This document shows, piece by piece, positions 25,545 through 38,983 of a stretch of 64,000 bases of DNA (position 1 is its first letter; each line of letters opens with the position of its first letter). The stretch comes from Hypanus sabinus (Eukaryota), in contig NC_082718.1 of the NCBI RefSeq assembly GCF_030144855.1, positions 88,660,001-88,724,000 of the forward strand. Reading direction: 5' to 3'. Below the pieces are notes generated by a model. That model saw nothing but the letters and a program-made list of their open reading frames with translations, did not search any database and was not told the DNA's origin. The position numbers were made by a program, and so were the translations under genes.

Positions 25545-25932
25545 CAGTTAAGTCAAGTTTATTGTCATTTAACTATATACATGTATATAACCATATAATG
25601 TATATAAAAACCTTTCTCTGAACCAGGGTGTAAAGCATAGTGGTACATATAACACACAATAACTTACGGAGTTAGGGATAAAATCTACAGATGAATCACA
25701 TATAAATAACAAACTAAAGTGCATTAATATTAAATATTGCAAGAAACGGAACAGATTAACCAGTGACACTTCGAATACGATGCGGCAGGGAGTTCTGAAG
25801 CCTAATAGCCTGGGGGAAGAAACTGTTTCCCATCCTGACAGTTCTTGTTTTTGTGCTTCGGAGTCTCCTGCCTGATGGTAGAAAGTAAAAGAGGATGCTG
25901 GATGAATGGGAGGGATCCTTAGTAATACTAAG
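25545..25932 (-). mobile_element. Rex1/Babar-type LINE 3' end
   Basis: Reverse-complement tail aagtcaagtttattgtcat and the C-terminal KDPSHSSSILFYFLPSGRRLRS motif. Confidence 0.75.
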
Positions 25933-26086
25933 GATATTCAGTAGAATTCTTGCTGCTCTTTAATAATGCAGCAGATATCTTAACTGGAGATTAGGGCAAA
26001 TTGTGCTGAGCATAATATCCTAATTTTTATGTAAATGAACTATGATACAAGCATACAAAAAGTGTTTTTCATTTTTTTAATTGCAG

Positions 26087-26141
26087 TGGTCTTCGTGCAT
26101 CTGCTAAAATAACTTTTAAAAGCATAATTCAGAATGATCTG
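26087..26141 (+). CDS. RNF215: RNF215 exon 5
   Basis: ttgcag|T+GLRASAKITFKSIIQNDL|gtatgt; 55 nt, phase 2-0, bridging exons 4 and 6. Confidence 0.85.
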
Positions 26142-27349
26142 GTATGTTAATTTATTTCATTTAAAGATAGCAGTTTAATTCCTGAATAATTATAAAATGG
26201 TTCTACCTATTTATTTTATTTGTGTCATGAATTTATCTAAGTTGTTGCATGTGCCTTCAGATGAAATGTCTTCAATTTTGTATTTTTATCAAATTAATAT
26301 CTCCTCTACACAAGACAGTAAATTCTAATGCTTGTATATACTGTCTTCTCCTGACAGATTTTCATTATCATCATGGAATTTATCACCCATTTATCTTGTA
26401 CTCTCCTTTTTTCTTTCCAAACTTTTCACTCGCCTGAATGTGCTGTATGAAATATATTTACAGCCCGAATGCTGCTCCAAACCCAATTCAAAGGAAATCT
26501 ATCCCAAAGGAGTGGTTTCCTCTTTCCTCTGTACAAGGGCCAGCTTCTGCCACACAATTCATTTCTGCCACTACAATTTTTCTGCTCGTTTAGCACAACA
26601 TCCTTTTCCCCATCTCTGTTATTAGTTCTCACATGGAAAATTATGACTGGATCCGCCCCCTTCTACTCCATGTTCCTCTCCTGCCCTGAGATGTCCTTTA
26701 ACCTATCATGGGGCAGACAAATCACTATCCTCTTGCCTTGTACTCCTAGTTACGGAAACCTGTGTCTATCCATCTCAGTATACATATATACTAGATTCCT
26801 TTCTACTGCTGGGTAGTCCATATACCACTTATTCTCTGTGGATCAAGGTGGTTTTCATTAACTGCCACAGAGTACGTTTGCAACACGTAATTTGCCCTGC
26901 TGTATATGTCTTAATTTGATGTAAAGCTACACCATTGCCTTTGGCTCAGAGTCCACATTCTGTCAACAGTGCATTCTGTGGCAAAACATGAAATGTGGCA
27001 AAACATGAAATGCACCAAACCTGAATTTGATCATGACCAACTTCGCTGAGTCCTCCTCACAAGTGTGGAGACTGGTATGCTTCTGCTACTAAGAAGGCAA
27101 TGAACACCTAGTAATCCCACTAAATGTAACCTCAATGATTTGGAAATGCATAGTTGTCCTTCAATGGCACTGAAGCTCAAGAACTCCCTCCCATTTGAAA
27201 CAGTACCTTAACCAGAGGACTGCAACAATCCACTGAGTGGTTCACCTTTAACTCTGAGGAGCAGTTATAAGTGGACAATAAACTTTATTTTTGTCGAGAT
27301 GCCTGTCATGTAAAATGGTTTTAATAATCATCTTTCTCATTACTATCAG

Positions 27350-27454
27350 GGAGTAACATTAACACTGTGGTCAACCTGTGGGCGTTCACGAGGCGGACTT
27401 TATGGGGAATGGCAAGGAGTTATTTGTACAGGAGAGAATAGCTCTCAGGTTCAG
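27350..27454 (+). CDS. RNF215: RNF215 exon 6
   Basis: tatcag|GVTLTLWSTCGRSRGGLYGEWQGVICTGENSSQVQ|gtaagg; compare human [22 protein letters not shown]. Confidence 0.95.
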
Positions 27455-28076
27455 GTAAGGAATGAAATAATATCTTTGCAGACTTGCTTGAAGAAGATAT
27501 TCATTTCTGGTGTAGCACCCTTTTCAGTAAAAAGTAAGAAAAACCAAGAGACAGTGTGAGATTATAGTGCTGTTAAATAACATAAAGATTGGCTTTATTT
27601 GTCACATGTACAGCAAAACAGGCAGTGAAATGTGGTGCTTGCTTCAGCAACCAACACAATCCAAGGATGTGCTGGGGGTAGTTTGCAAGTGTTAGCATGC
27701 TTCAGGTGCTAACATAGCAAGTCCACAACTTACTAACCCTAACCCGTATGTCTTTGGAATGTGGGAGGGATCTAGCGAGAATGTGCAAACTCCTTACAGA
27801 CAACGGCAGAATTGAAGCTGGGTTGGTGGCAGTGTAATAGCGTAATGCTCACCATGTCGCCGTTAGTAATTGTTTCTGAATTATTGTGTGGATTATAGAT
27901 CTGTCATCACTAGTGCTCTGCATTGGTTGATGAGGTGTTCAGTAAGAAGCCAAAATATTTCAAATAACTTAAAATTGAGAACAGCTTAATAAAATAAAAT
28001 AGAAACTGACTCACAAGGTCATAAGTGAGAAACTTAATGCATTCCAATCAAACAAAATATTTTAAACTATAGTTAA

Positions 28077-28316
<240 letters not shown>

Positions 28317-29200
28317 TAATAAATTATTTTTGTAATTTTTGAGTCAGGGAAAATGGGACTTTAAATATGTTTAAAAATATAAAGATGAGAAATTGTATTT
28401 AGTACTTGGCGAATTTGTGGAGTTTATCTGACATAATGTTAATGGCTTTAAGGAATTAATCTGGCCTGTCAATCATTTTTTGTATCACCAAACTTTTCTC
28501 ACAGCTTCCTGCAGTTCTGACTGAACTGAAGGCCTGTCTGTCATTGCCATAGCCAATCTATGAAACAGAGTGGGCAGCAAGCAGCCACCTGATCTGGCAG
28601 TCCTGTTCCTGACTGCCTTGATGGTTATTTTGATATCTTGCTTCTATAAAAGGCCTTTGCACTGTTTTGATCTCTGATATTCAAATAGATTAAAATAATT
28701 TCTTGTAAAATGTAAATTTCTTTCAGCACAAGCTGCTGAAAGAAATTTACATTTACTTAAAAATAATTAAAGTTTAAATCAAAACCAACACATGCTCAGT
28801 CTTAGCTTTACGGTCAAGGTTGACGAACCAATTCAAATGAATGGTTTAATGCCATATTAACCACGCCTGGTGTAATGTTGAGTAGCTAGATGCGAAGTAT
28901 GTCCTGCCCACTGAACTTCCAACACATTTGTAATCAATGTCTTGTCTCAGTGCAGAGTCAGGGAGTGATGAAGGAGGTCAAATGTGCTAATATGACCTCC
29001 AGCTTGTCTCTAATCTCCATGCTATAATGTACAGGTATGGAAGTTAGAGATCTGTTAACGTAAGAAACGATCCTTGCTTGTAGTTCTCTGCTGAAGTAAA
29101 AGTGAGAGTAAATACTTCTCAGGCCAATGAAATCTGTTTTACAATTTAACTGAGTACTATTTTAACGAGAATAATGATTTCTCTGTTCAAATATTTATAG

Positions 29201-29338
29201 ATGAGCTTGAAGCAACAAATATTAAAGCAGCTATCAGCATTGAAAACAAGGAAATATTTTCCAAACAAAAGACAGAAAACACAGTCACAAGAACATGAGA
29301 ATTGTGCAGTGTGCTTGGAAGAATTCCATAAAAATCAG
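29201..29338 (+). CDS. RNF215: RNF215 exon 8 (start of RING-H2)
   Basis: ttatag|MSLKQQILKQLSALKTRKYFPNKRQKTQSQEHENCAVCLEEFHKNQ|gtgtgt. Confidence 0.95.
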
Positions 29339-29929
29339 GTGTGTTTCATTTTCATCATATAAGGACACAAATGATTGAAATGTTAACTTTCACATTTTTA
29401 GATTTTTAATTTGGTTACATTTTGCTGTTGAGCATCACAATGGGTTAATAGCTCAGTGACTTTAAATTGAGAGTTAAAACACTAGCTGTGATTTAATAGT
29501 AACCTATGAAGTCAACAATGACCTTGTATTGTGAAACCAATATACACAGATACAGTTAAATATGGAAATGTGGATGTTTCTGTCAGTGATCTGCTACTCC
29601 TTAGGATATAGGAGTCGGTTCCTACTAGTATTTTCAGTTGTAAGTTCCTAGGAATCAAATGAATTGATGAGAATTAGAAATATAATACAAATAATTCTCA
29701 CTGTAAGGCATTATGAAAATGCTATTCTTTATTGTATGTAGTATGAGTGTTACTAAGTCATAATAATCGATTGACAGCCCCTTTTAAGTTATCTGTGCGT
29801 GGAAATACTTCCCTCAGATCAATATTGTAAGATTGATATTAAGTTATTTAAACTTTTGCCTTAATCTCCTGTATGTTTTGGTTTTCTCACTTATAAAGTA
29901 TTGTTTGCCGTATAAGAATTCTTCACTGC

Positions 29930-30520
29930 ATAAACATGAGATTCTGCAAATACTGGAAATCTTGAGCAACATGCACAACACAAAGGAGGAACTCAGCATG
30001 TCAGGCAACTTCTACGGAGGGGAATGAACAGTCACCGTTACAGGATTGCAAAGGAAGGGGCAAGATGCCTGATAAGGTGGGGGAAAGGGAGCACAAGCTG
30101 GTGGGTGGTAGATGAAAGATGGGTGGTTGGGGCAGGGGGAATGAAGTAAAAAGCTGGGAGGTGATGGGTGAAAGACAGGAAGGGTTAAAAAAAGAATTTG
30201 ATAGGAGAAGACAGTGGACCATGGAAGAAAGGGTCAGAGGAATGTGATGGGCAGGTAAGAAGGAAAGGGCTGAGAGGGAAACCAGAATGAGGAAAGGAAA
30301 AGGAGAGAGGGAAGGGGATGAAATTAGCAGAAGCTTCATGCCATCTGGTTGGAGTGTACCCAGACTGTAGATGAGGTATTGCTCTTCCGGCCTGAGAGTG
30401 CCCTCACTGCAGCAGTAGGGGAGGCCAAGAATCGACATGTTGGAAAGGGAATGGGAAGTCGAGTTAAAATGAGTAGCTACCAGGAAATCCCATCTTTTGT
30501 TGCAGATGGAGCAAAGGTGA
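29930..30520 (-). mobile_element. Penelope-like element fragment
   Basis: The minus ORF GLPYCCSEGTLRPEEQYLIYSLGTLQPDGM matches the GIY-YIG C-terminal E..LI..LGTL.P.GMN motif, next to a terminal repeat. Confidence 0.8.
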
Positions 30521-31070
30521 ATTCTTCAAGTGATTTCTTCACTTATTAATTTGCTGTGAGTGTTCAATGTGATTGGCTTCTCAAACTGTGGAATGGAGAT
30601 CTCCTTGATTTAAATGTTAGAAAAGGGGAAGTCCATGGTACAGAGAATGAAAGCTATTTATGAAAAGTTTTCTTCAAGATCTGCAATGAGTGCTTCTAAC
30701 AGCAAAATCCTGGACATTGGTTTCTGGTTGAACCTTCAGACCATTATGAAAATCTGATTTTTCTGTTGAAATGTCAAAAATCTCTGAAATTTTCAAACTA
30801 TTGTGCATCTTTATTTGATATTCACACCATTTAAGTCTTCTGTATATCTTTTTTATTCTTTATGATTTGGCTTCCCTTAACTGGATGAGGTTATGGTACA
30901 AGCTAATAATGTATTTAAGCCAGACTAAGATGTTTGAGGGTTATTTAGTAAATTTATTGAGCATGTTAATTGATTAAAATTACTGTTAGAAGAAAATTAA
31001 GGATGTTTGATTCAGCTTTTTTTTATTCAAAGAAGAGTAACACGAGTTTGTATGATTTTTTTATTTCTAG

Positions 31071-31205
<135 letters not shown>

Positions 31206-31754
31206 TAGTATTAATAAAGTAGCTGAGAGGAATGTGTTGGATTGTAGGTGGCTAAGGTAACTCAATTTAAGACAACTTCTGAAAAGGACTGTGTGACACC
31301 TGGTTTCTGAATAACGGTTATGGGATACAGTGACACATACAAAATGCTGGAGGAAATCAGCAGGCCAGGCAGCATCTATTGAAAAGTGCACAGTTGATGT
31401 TTCAGGCCAGGCCCAAAATGTTGACTATACTCTTTTCCTGGCCTGATGCCTGACTGGCTGACTGAGTTCCTTTGGATGTGTGTTGCTTTGGATTTCCAAC
31501 ATCTGCAGAATTTCTCGATTGTGATGGGATGCAGTGAGTTATTTCCCTTGCTTCTTTACTAATACTGCAGACTTAAAATTCACCATACCATTTGCAGGAT
31601 CAGCTGTCAGTGAACAAAGCAATACCATAATATTTTACATCAATAGTAGAAACCATTATTAGCTAAGAAGTCAAACAAGTCAGTGATTTTCTTCCAAAAA
31701 CTTTTATTGTTACTGCTCTCTGGTGAACAGAAATTTTTTTTTAAAAATAGGCTG

Positions 31755-32330
31755 AAGCAACACACACGAAATGCTGGAGGAACTCAGCAGGTCAGGCAGC
31801 ATCTATGGAAATGAACAGTTCGACATTTGGACTGTGGCACTTTTTCAGGACTGGAAAGAAAGGGGGAAGATGACAGAATGAAGAGGTGGAGGGAGGGGAC
31901 AGGATAACTGGAAGGTGATACGTGAAGCCAGGTGTATATGAAAGTTAAAGGGGCTGGAGAGGAAGGAATCTGATGGGAGAGGAGAGTGGATCTAAGGAGG
32001 AGGGGACCCAAGGGGGAGATGACGAGCAGATGAGACAAGGTAAGAGGCCAGAGAGGGGAATAGGAGGAGGGAGAAGGTACCTTTTTTTAACCAGAGGAAG
32101 AAATTGATATTCTTACCAGCTGGTTGGAGGCTACACAAGACAGAATATAAGGTGTTGCTACTCCACCCAGAGGGTGACGTGACCTCGTCATGGCACAAGA
32201 GGTGGTCATGGACCAACTAACATGTTGGAACAGGGATGGGAATCAGCAATAAGATGTTTGGCCACTGGGAAGTTCTGCTTTTGGTGGATGGAGGCGCTTG
32301 ACAAAGGGATCCCCCAATTTATGATGGGAA
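31755..32330 (-). mobile_element. Penelope-like element fragment
   Basis: Same organisation as 29930-30520, with the remnant LCSLQPAGKNINF. Confidence 0.75.
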
Positions 32331-33258
32331 CTAATACTAAAAAAAGCCAGCTGGTGGTGTAGTACATCAGCACCAGATTTTGAGGCAAATGGTCCTGGTT
32401 CAAATCTGACTAGTTCCTTGCAGTTTCCATCTGTGCAGGATTGAGCCTTGGCTTACAACTTGGTCTCCTTTAAAAAAAAAGGACAAGCACTAAGAAAATG
32501 CCAAAGAGCCGTACAGTTTACCACATAGCGCGGAAAGGAATATATACAGTTTTTAAAATGGGTTAATTGATCTGACTTTTCCTGTAACTGACAGGAAAAA
32601 GTCAGAGTTGCTAGCTTGACGCTCAACCCAGCAGGAATGGAAAGTGTGCAAGGAACCAGCCAGATTTGAACCCGGGACCATTTGCCTCAAAGTCTGGTGC
32701 TGACGATACTAGGCTAGTATTTTTTTAGTATTCCAATCATAAATTGGGGGACCACTTCATTGAGCACCTCCACTCCATCCACCAAAGTGGAACCTACCAG
32801 TGGCCAAACGTTTTAATTTTGACAAATGTTTAGAAAATTCTGGGGTCTTGTTTCATTTGTTAAAGATACAGGTACTAAATTTGCGATGAAATTGCTTCTC
32901 TTTGGCTCATTGGTAGCTGGGAATAAGTTACTGAATTCTACAGAATAGCAGCATCGCAGACTTGGTCTACATGTCTTATCATGGAATATTGGGATTATTG
33001 CAGGGAGCCTTGGCATTCCTGAGTTAATACTGTATTAGGTGCCTGTTACGTCTTTTTACTATACAAAGTGACCAAGAACAATGCCATTTCTCCTTTGAAC
33101 TTTGCCGTCCTGCATTCTCTTGAGACCTGTACACAGAAGAATTTATTTTATGGTCATGGGGCCATCTGAAGTCCTGCAATGTTACAGTATTCGGCAAAGT
33201 TCTGGAATAAGGAAAAGTTCACAAAATTAACCTTTACCTGTTGTCTTTTTTTAATAAG

Positions 33259-33281
33259 GTGATCCATATGGGAACAGTTGA
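33259..33281 (+). CDS. RNF215: RNF215 exon 10 (terminal coding part)
   Basis: gtctttttttaataag|GT GAT CCA TAT GGG AAC AGT TGA gives (S)DPYGNS*. Phase 1 fits, and the length and central Tyr match human GNRYSDD*. AATAAA candidates follow (about 33517 and 34178). Confidence 0.8.
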
Positions 33282-35476
33282 CTTTATTCTTCATTTGAAG
33301 AGAAGGAAAAGCAGGAAACTACCTTGATTCCATTTCTGTAAACAATTTGAAACTTTTTATATTGCACTTTATTTGTATAATTCTGCACAACCAATTAAAT
33401 TTGGGGAATTAAGTGAACATTTGAACTTAAAATTCAGAGCAAGATAATCTCTGTAATCGTGTCTGTATTCTAAGTTTATTGACTTGCACAAACATGATGT
33501 GAAGTATACCAGCTATAATAAATCTGTGATGCAAAGTAGACCTGTTTTGGGATTATTCAGGAAGAGCTAGTTAGTGTGTACTTTTGTGATTTGTGGTTAA
33601 GTTCTTAGAGCACTGTAGATACATTCAATATTCACACTAAAAGTAGAGATGCTCATTCTGCTCTTATATTGTGAATGCATTCTTTATAGCTATTTTTGTA
33701 TTGCAAAAATGCACTGAAATTTATTTGGTGTGTATTGATAAACCATCCGTGGGTACTGTTGGAGAAGAATATAACCATCTATCTAAATCCTTACAGACAG
33801 ATGATGGATACATCTGCATCTGAAAGCTGTTATTAGCCTTTAGTAATTTGAGAACCGGGCTTGTGGTTTAACTGTTGCTGCACCCAAGAGTAAATTATGA
33901 ACAACTAGTTTAGTATCCCCCAAACAAGATTGTATGCTATTATTTGCAGTCTTCAGAAATGACATCAAGTTACTGAGAAGCTTGTTGTTACCATCCAACC
34001 CTCTAAAATTTACAGTACAATTGGAAAAGGTCTTGTTAGCTGATCTTCCTCATGACAACTGACTGCTGTAAACTGATCAGGCACTTGTAGAGTTAGCTAC
34101 ATGACCACTGTAATCAGCATTTTAAAGAAAAATAGAGGCTCACCTGAAGAAGTTGCTCAAAGGTTTCTTTAACAGACAATAAAATAAAATTGGGGAATTC
34201 CATATCTGACCAATTATTTTTCAGCAAGGGTTAAAACATTCTGTAATAGTTGAAAGCATGTATTTTGACAAGAAAATGCACATTCCCAAAGTATGCATTT
34301 TGCATTGTAACACATTTTTAAATTTTGTGAGCGGAGGCATTAGCAAGTTGATGATTGTGATAACAAAATGTTACATTTTTTTATTGTTACCAGAAAAGTA
34401 CCTGAACTCAAATCTTTAGTGGCTCTCAATATGTATTTTCCTTCCAGTTCCTCATTTTCTGTCATGTTCTGCCACTAATTCTCTATATTTTTGGAACACT
34501 ATATATTTTGTGGTAACCTACCCTCAAACAGACATTAAATGAAGTGAGCAGATCAGTGACTGTCTTAAAGTAATTCTTTAGCACTTAAATATGGTTTAGA
34601 TAATTTAAACAGTTGCAGTTCAAATATTATTTAAAATCCTAAAGCACTTTGATAATGTAGCAAAGAAAAGGAATGCAGAATTTCAATGTAAATTGAGACC
34701 ACAAATGAGCACAAGAATTAATGATTGTTGATTTAATTTTAAAATACCATAGGTATATGTAATTAAGTTTAAAAAAGTAATAAATGCAAACTATTATATT
34801 CTGTTCATTAAATGGAATGATTCTCTAAAATTATACTCACATCCCATTTACCTTCCTGTTTTTCAAATATTTACTCGCTTCTCAATGAAGTAACCGACTG
34901 TGCATGACTTGGCACTTGCTTTTGGGCTCATCTATCTGCAGATTGTTCTAAGAGTTTTGTGATGCTATAGCTAAGGCTGTAACACCAGATAGAAATGTTA
35001 GTGGATAAGGTCAGGCAGCAAATCCTGGCCTCCTCTCCCTGCATCACCCTGAAGGACTTCTGACAGCTTGTGCTGTCTTTCCATTCTTTCTCATCACTTT
35101 TAAAATGCATTTAATTAACTGCACACGGTAGTGCAGCAGTTACTGCTGTTGCCTTGTGGTTCCAGAGACCTGTCTTTTCACCATAAACTTGATTCCATTT
35201 CTGGAGTTTGCATGTTCTCCTGCAAAGACATGATGGCAAATAATTGGCTACAATTGGCCCCATCATGGTGCGATGTCAGGATTTATGTAGATGGGTGTTT
35301 GATCGTCAGTGCAAACATGGTGGGCCAGAGAGGGCTCGCTTCCATACTATTAACATTAATTAATTAAAGAAGAAGAAAACTGCAAAATTCTTGTCCTTTT
35401 CCATCCAGGTTGGAGATTCCATTTGGTTGAATGAGGTTGTGCAGTTATGTCAGTTGTGGATACCACGAAGCTGAAA

Positions 35477-35827
35477 CTTATCTTTTGCCCGTTACCCTGC
35501 TGGCATTTAGGGCAGCAATGAAGGTCCTCCATTTCTGTCTGTCCATATAGTCACACACAAACATAAAAGGATTTGTCATTGCCGTTTCCATAACAATTTC
35601 TTTTTTGACCAGTCATGGTTTTTGGCTCTGAGCTGACCACCCCCCCCCCCCCGCCCCCCAAAACCTGGAACTGGTGGACCAGTCTTCCACCCTTTGACCT
35701 GTTTGGCATGGGTGACCCTACCGAGAGCCAAACACAAGGCCCTGGCTCCAGCCGACATAGCTCTCCGGGTCATTGAGGCACGCAAGCCTCCAAAGCCTAT
35801 GATGAGGTTGTAGTCCTCTTGGAGGAT
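35477..35827 (-). mobile_element. Short internally deleted RTE element (5' end fused to 3' end)
   Basis: TSD GAAGCTGAAA / GAAGCCGAAA (35467-35476 and 35828-35837). The 3' end matches the RTE 3' end at about 47565-47630. Confidence 0.75.
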
Positions 35828-37844
35828 GAAGCCGAAAGGCCACATAAAAATCTCTCCCACCCCTTAGCTTAGCATCTTACATAATTTGCATTGACATTTT
35901 GCTGAAGTCATGTACAAAAGAGGTCAGGTACGCTAGTAGAAATAAGCAAAGCATTAATCTATGCACTGCAGCTGGTCAGCAGTTCTCTATAGATTGGTTA
36001 GCTCAACATTAGTGCACTCCAGATGTATTTGCCATCTGTAGCTTTTGATCTTGTTTGTACTTTGTGCATGAAAATAAATCCATAGATTTTGTGATTTTCT
36101 TTGCCAGTAGAACAAATGTTTGATTATTCACCCTGAAAACATTTCATAATTTTACCAAGTTCTGTCAGATCTTTATGAGCAGTTGGTAATTTTTGTACCT
36201 TTCTCTCTATGTACTTCATTTCTGTTATTGCTCTGCTGACTATTTGTGTTAATTTCTTCATATCTTTAATATTATTTAAATTAACACGTCCCATGAAACT
36301 TAAAATAAAATCTCAAATGTATCTTTTCATTTGTTGTCATTATACATAAATATAGAGAGAATCAATTATTTTCTTTATCTTTAATTTCTAAGCTTTGAGC
36401 TAACTAAATTCTTTATTTCTGGGATACAGTAACAAGTTAAAAGAAAGATGTTCTAAATTAGGATCTCTGTTCAAATACATGTTAACTTAATGAAACAATG
36501 CCATTTAAAAATTATAAAGTTGAAATTCTGCAGATGCTGGAAATCCAGAGCAGCACACAAAATGCTGGAGGAACTCAGCATTCATTTTTAAGGAATCCAT
36601 ACACGCTACCATCCACTAATTCCTTGGGATATACAATGCCGAGAACATCAGCAATTTATTATGCAGGTTCTTGAATGTGAAGAGTCACCTTCTTGAACCA
36701 CCATTGTAAATTTGGTGAAGACACTTGTATGGTACCATTGGTTGGAAGATCCACAACTTAGAACCAATGACAGAATGACTCAATATTTTGTAATTCAGAT
36801 GTTGAGTAAATTATATTTGATGGTGTGAATATGTGATTGAAATACAAAATACTGAGTTATTCTGCCATTATCACTGGTTCTCAGTTGTCTAGGGGGCTTC
36901 TTCCCCTCTGCCATCTGATTCCTAAATGAACATTGAAGCTTTGGGCACTACTGCTCTTTATTATATAGTATTTCTGTTTTTGCACATTTTTAAAAAGTCT
37001 ATTCAATATACGTAACTGATTTACTTGTTTATTATTATGTTTTATTTTATTAATATTTTCTCTCTGCTAGATTATGTATTGCATTGATCTGCTGCTGCTA
37101 AGTTAACAAATTTCATGTCACGTGCTGGTGATAATCAACCTGATTCTGAACTCTCCACAGAGTACTCAACACAGTAAATCTTGCATTAAATTGTCAAAAG
37201 AGATTGCATGAATATTTGTTTTCGAATTGGTCACTGAGTACTTCTTGGGTGGCAAATAGCTGGTCATTTTCACCAACTAGCACTACAAAGGGAAAGCAAT
37301 TTTTCTTGAAACTTACATCTTTCTCCAGTTTTACTGATTTAATTTGCTTAACATTGTACAGCATAGTTGCTGTATTTAAAATAGGATTAAGTTGCATCAT
37401 TTCATATCAAAAGCAAATTGTTTCTTTAGTTTGGGACCATGAGCCAACTTTTTTCATACAATATATACTTTCAAGTTGTTTTAACTAAGAGGACATAAAT
37501 TGTGATTTTCTCCATTTTGTTGTTGTACCTTGTATAATACAGTAGACTTAGCCATGGTAATCTTGTTTTATCATCCAATGCTTATTGCACAATATTTTGG
37601 TAAAGATAAATTAGTTTTGCAGATTTTTATTGACTCAGGATGAACTTCATTAAGATATTTATATTTCTGCTAAGTAGGATAAAGTTCAATTGGCAGCAAG
37701 AAATAAAATGCACCAAAATTAAAATTAAGTGCCACGAAGCACTTACAGCAGAGATATTCAGCCCAATTGTCAACAACTGCATTAATGCTTCATAGAACTT
37801 TATCCTGTGTGATTCACCCAATAGTTTTGCAGTTAAACATTATT

Positions 37845-38455
37845 CAAGATTTAAGATTGTTTAATGACATTTCCAGTACACAAATGTAAAGGAGAATGAA
37901 ATAATTGTTACTGTAGATACGATGCAGCACAAAAAACACAATAAGGTAAAGAGCATAATGATTAAAGAATACTGTACATAAAATAGCTTATATACATTGA
38001 CCATATGTACGTAAGGAATGTCTGTACATAAGGTGACTGACAGGAAATCATAAAATAGTGGTAGAGGGGTGGGTGAGTGGGTGAGGGTGTTGATCTGACA
38101 TACTGCTAGGGAAAAGTAACTTTTTGAGTCAGGAGGTCCTGATGTGTGTGCTGCATGGCCTCATCCCTGATGTAGAGTGGGATAAACAGTCCATGAGCAG
38201 GGTGGATGGGATCCTTCAAGATATTGCTGACCTTTTCCGACATTTTTCTGTATATACATCCTTGATGGCAGGCAGGCTTGTGCCAGTGATGCTTTGGGCA
38301 GTTTGACTATCCATTGTGGAGTTTTCCTGTCTGCCATGAGGATGCATTCTACTATGCATCTGTAGAAGACTGTGAGTATTAATGTGCATAGTCCTGCTCT
38401 CTTCAGCCTCCTCAGACAGTAGAGGCAACAGTGAGCTTTCTTGGTTATGTAGGAT
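37845..38455 (-). mobile_element. Rex1/Babar-type LINE 3' fragment
   Basis: ORF remnant LYCLRRLKRAGLCTLILTVFYRCIVECIL and TAQSITGTSLPAIKDVY. Confidence 0.85.
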
Positions 38456-38977
38456 GTTTTCTGGGAACGTAAGAGGTGCACTCTTGGGATATGTTGCATT
38501 ATTAGCTGGTTACTTTATTCTCATATTTTCCTGTCTTAACCAACTATTCAAACTATATTCCATTTAAATCTACTGGATGAAGTATTATATTTGAACTCCA
38601 GTAAGTATGTATTAGCTTATTTCATCAGTGATCTGAAACACTTTTGAGATCATTGCTGCTTTAAGTATTAGTTTGACTGCTCTTGTATTTATATGAAATT
38701 AAATGAAAAAAAGTCAGCTATAATTAACAAGCAGCCGAGCTCTTTATCTTATTTGATAAACTGAACACAGATTTTTAAAACATAGATCAGTCCCACCATT
38801 TGCTAGTGTTTGACAAGCATAGATTCAATTTTTAAAATTCTGTGGATTACTGTGGGGCATATATGTTTAAAGCAGTTTCTTATTGCACTAAAAGTTGTAG
38901 TTATGAAGCACAGGAATAAAATGTTCCAAGCATGCAGGCAGTGGATTTCAATAAATGTAGAATAATCATTTATGGCC

Positions 38978-38983
38978 TTTATT
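38978..38983 (-). terminator. Candidate CCDC157 polyadenylation signal
   Basis: AATAAA on the minus strand about 250 nt after the stop codon. Confidence 0.4.

Noticed and set aside
26976-27012. Short tandem duplications (tgtggcaaaacatgaaa twice; also about 2406-2448 and 21192-21224)
   Set aside because: These are ordinary slippage duplications inside decayed transposons.
32860-32950. Alternative RNF215 last exon
   Set aside because: The phase-1 translations do not resemble the RNF215 C-terminus. 33259-33281 has a better pyrimidine tract and the expected length.
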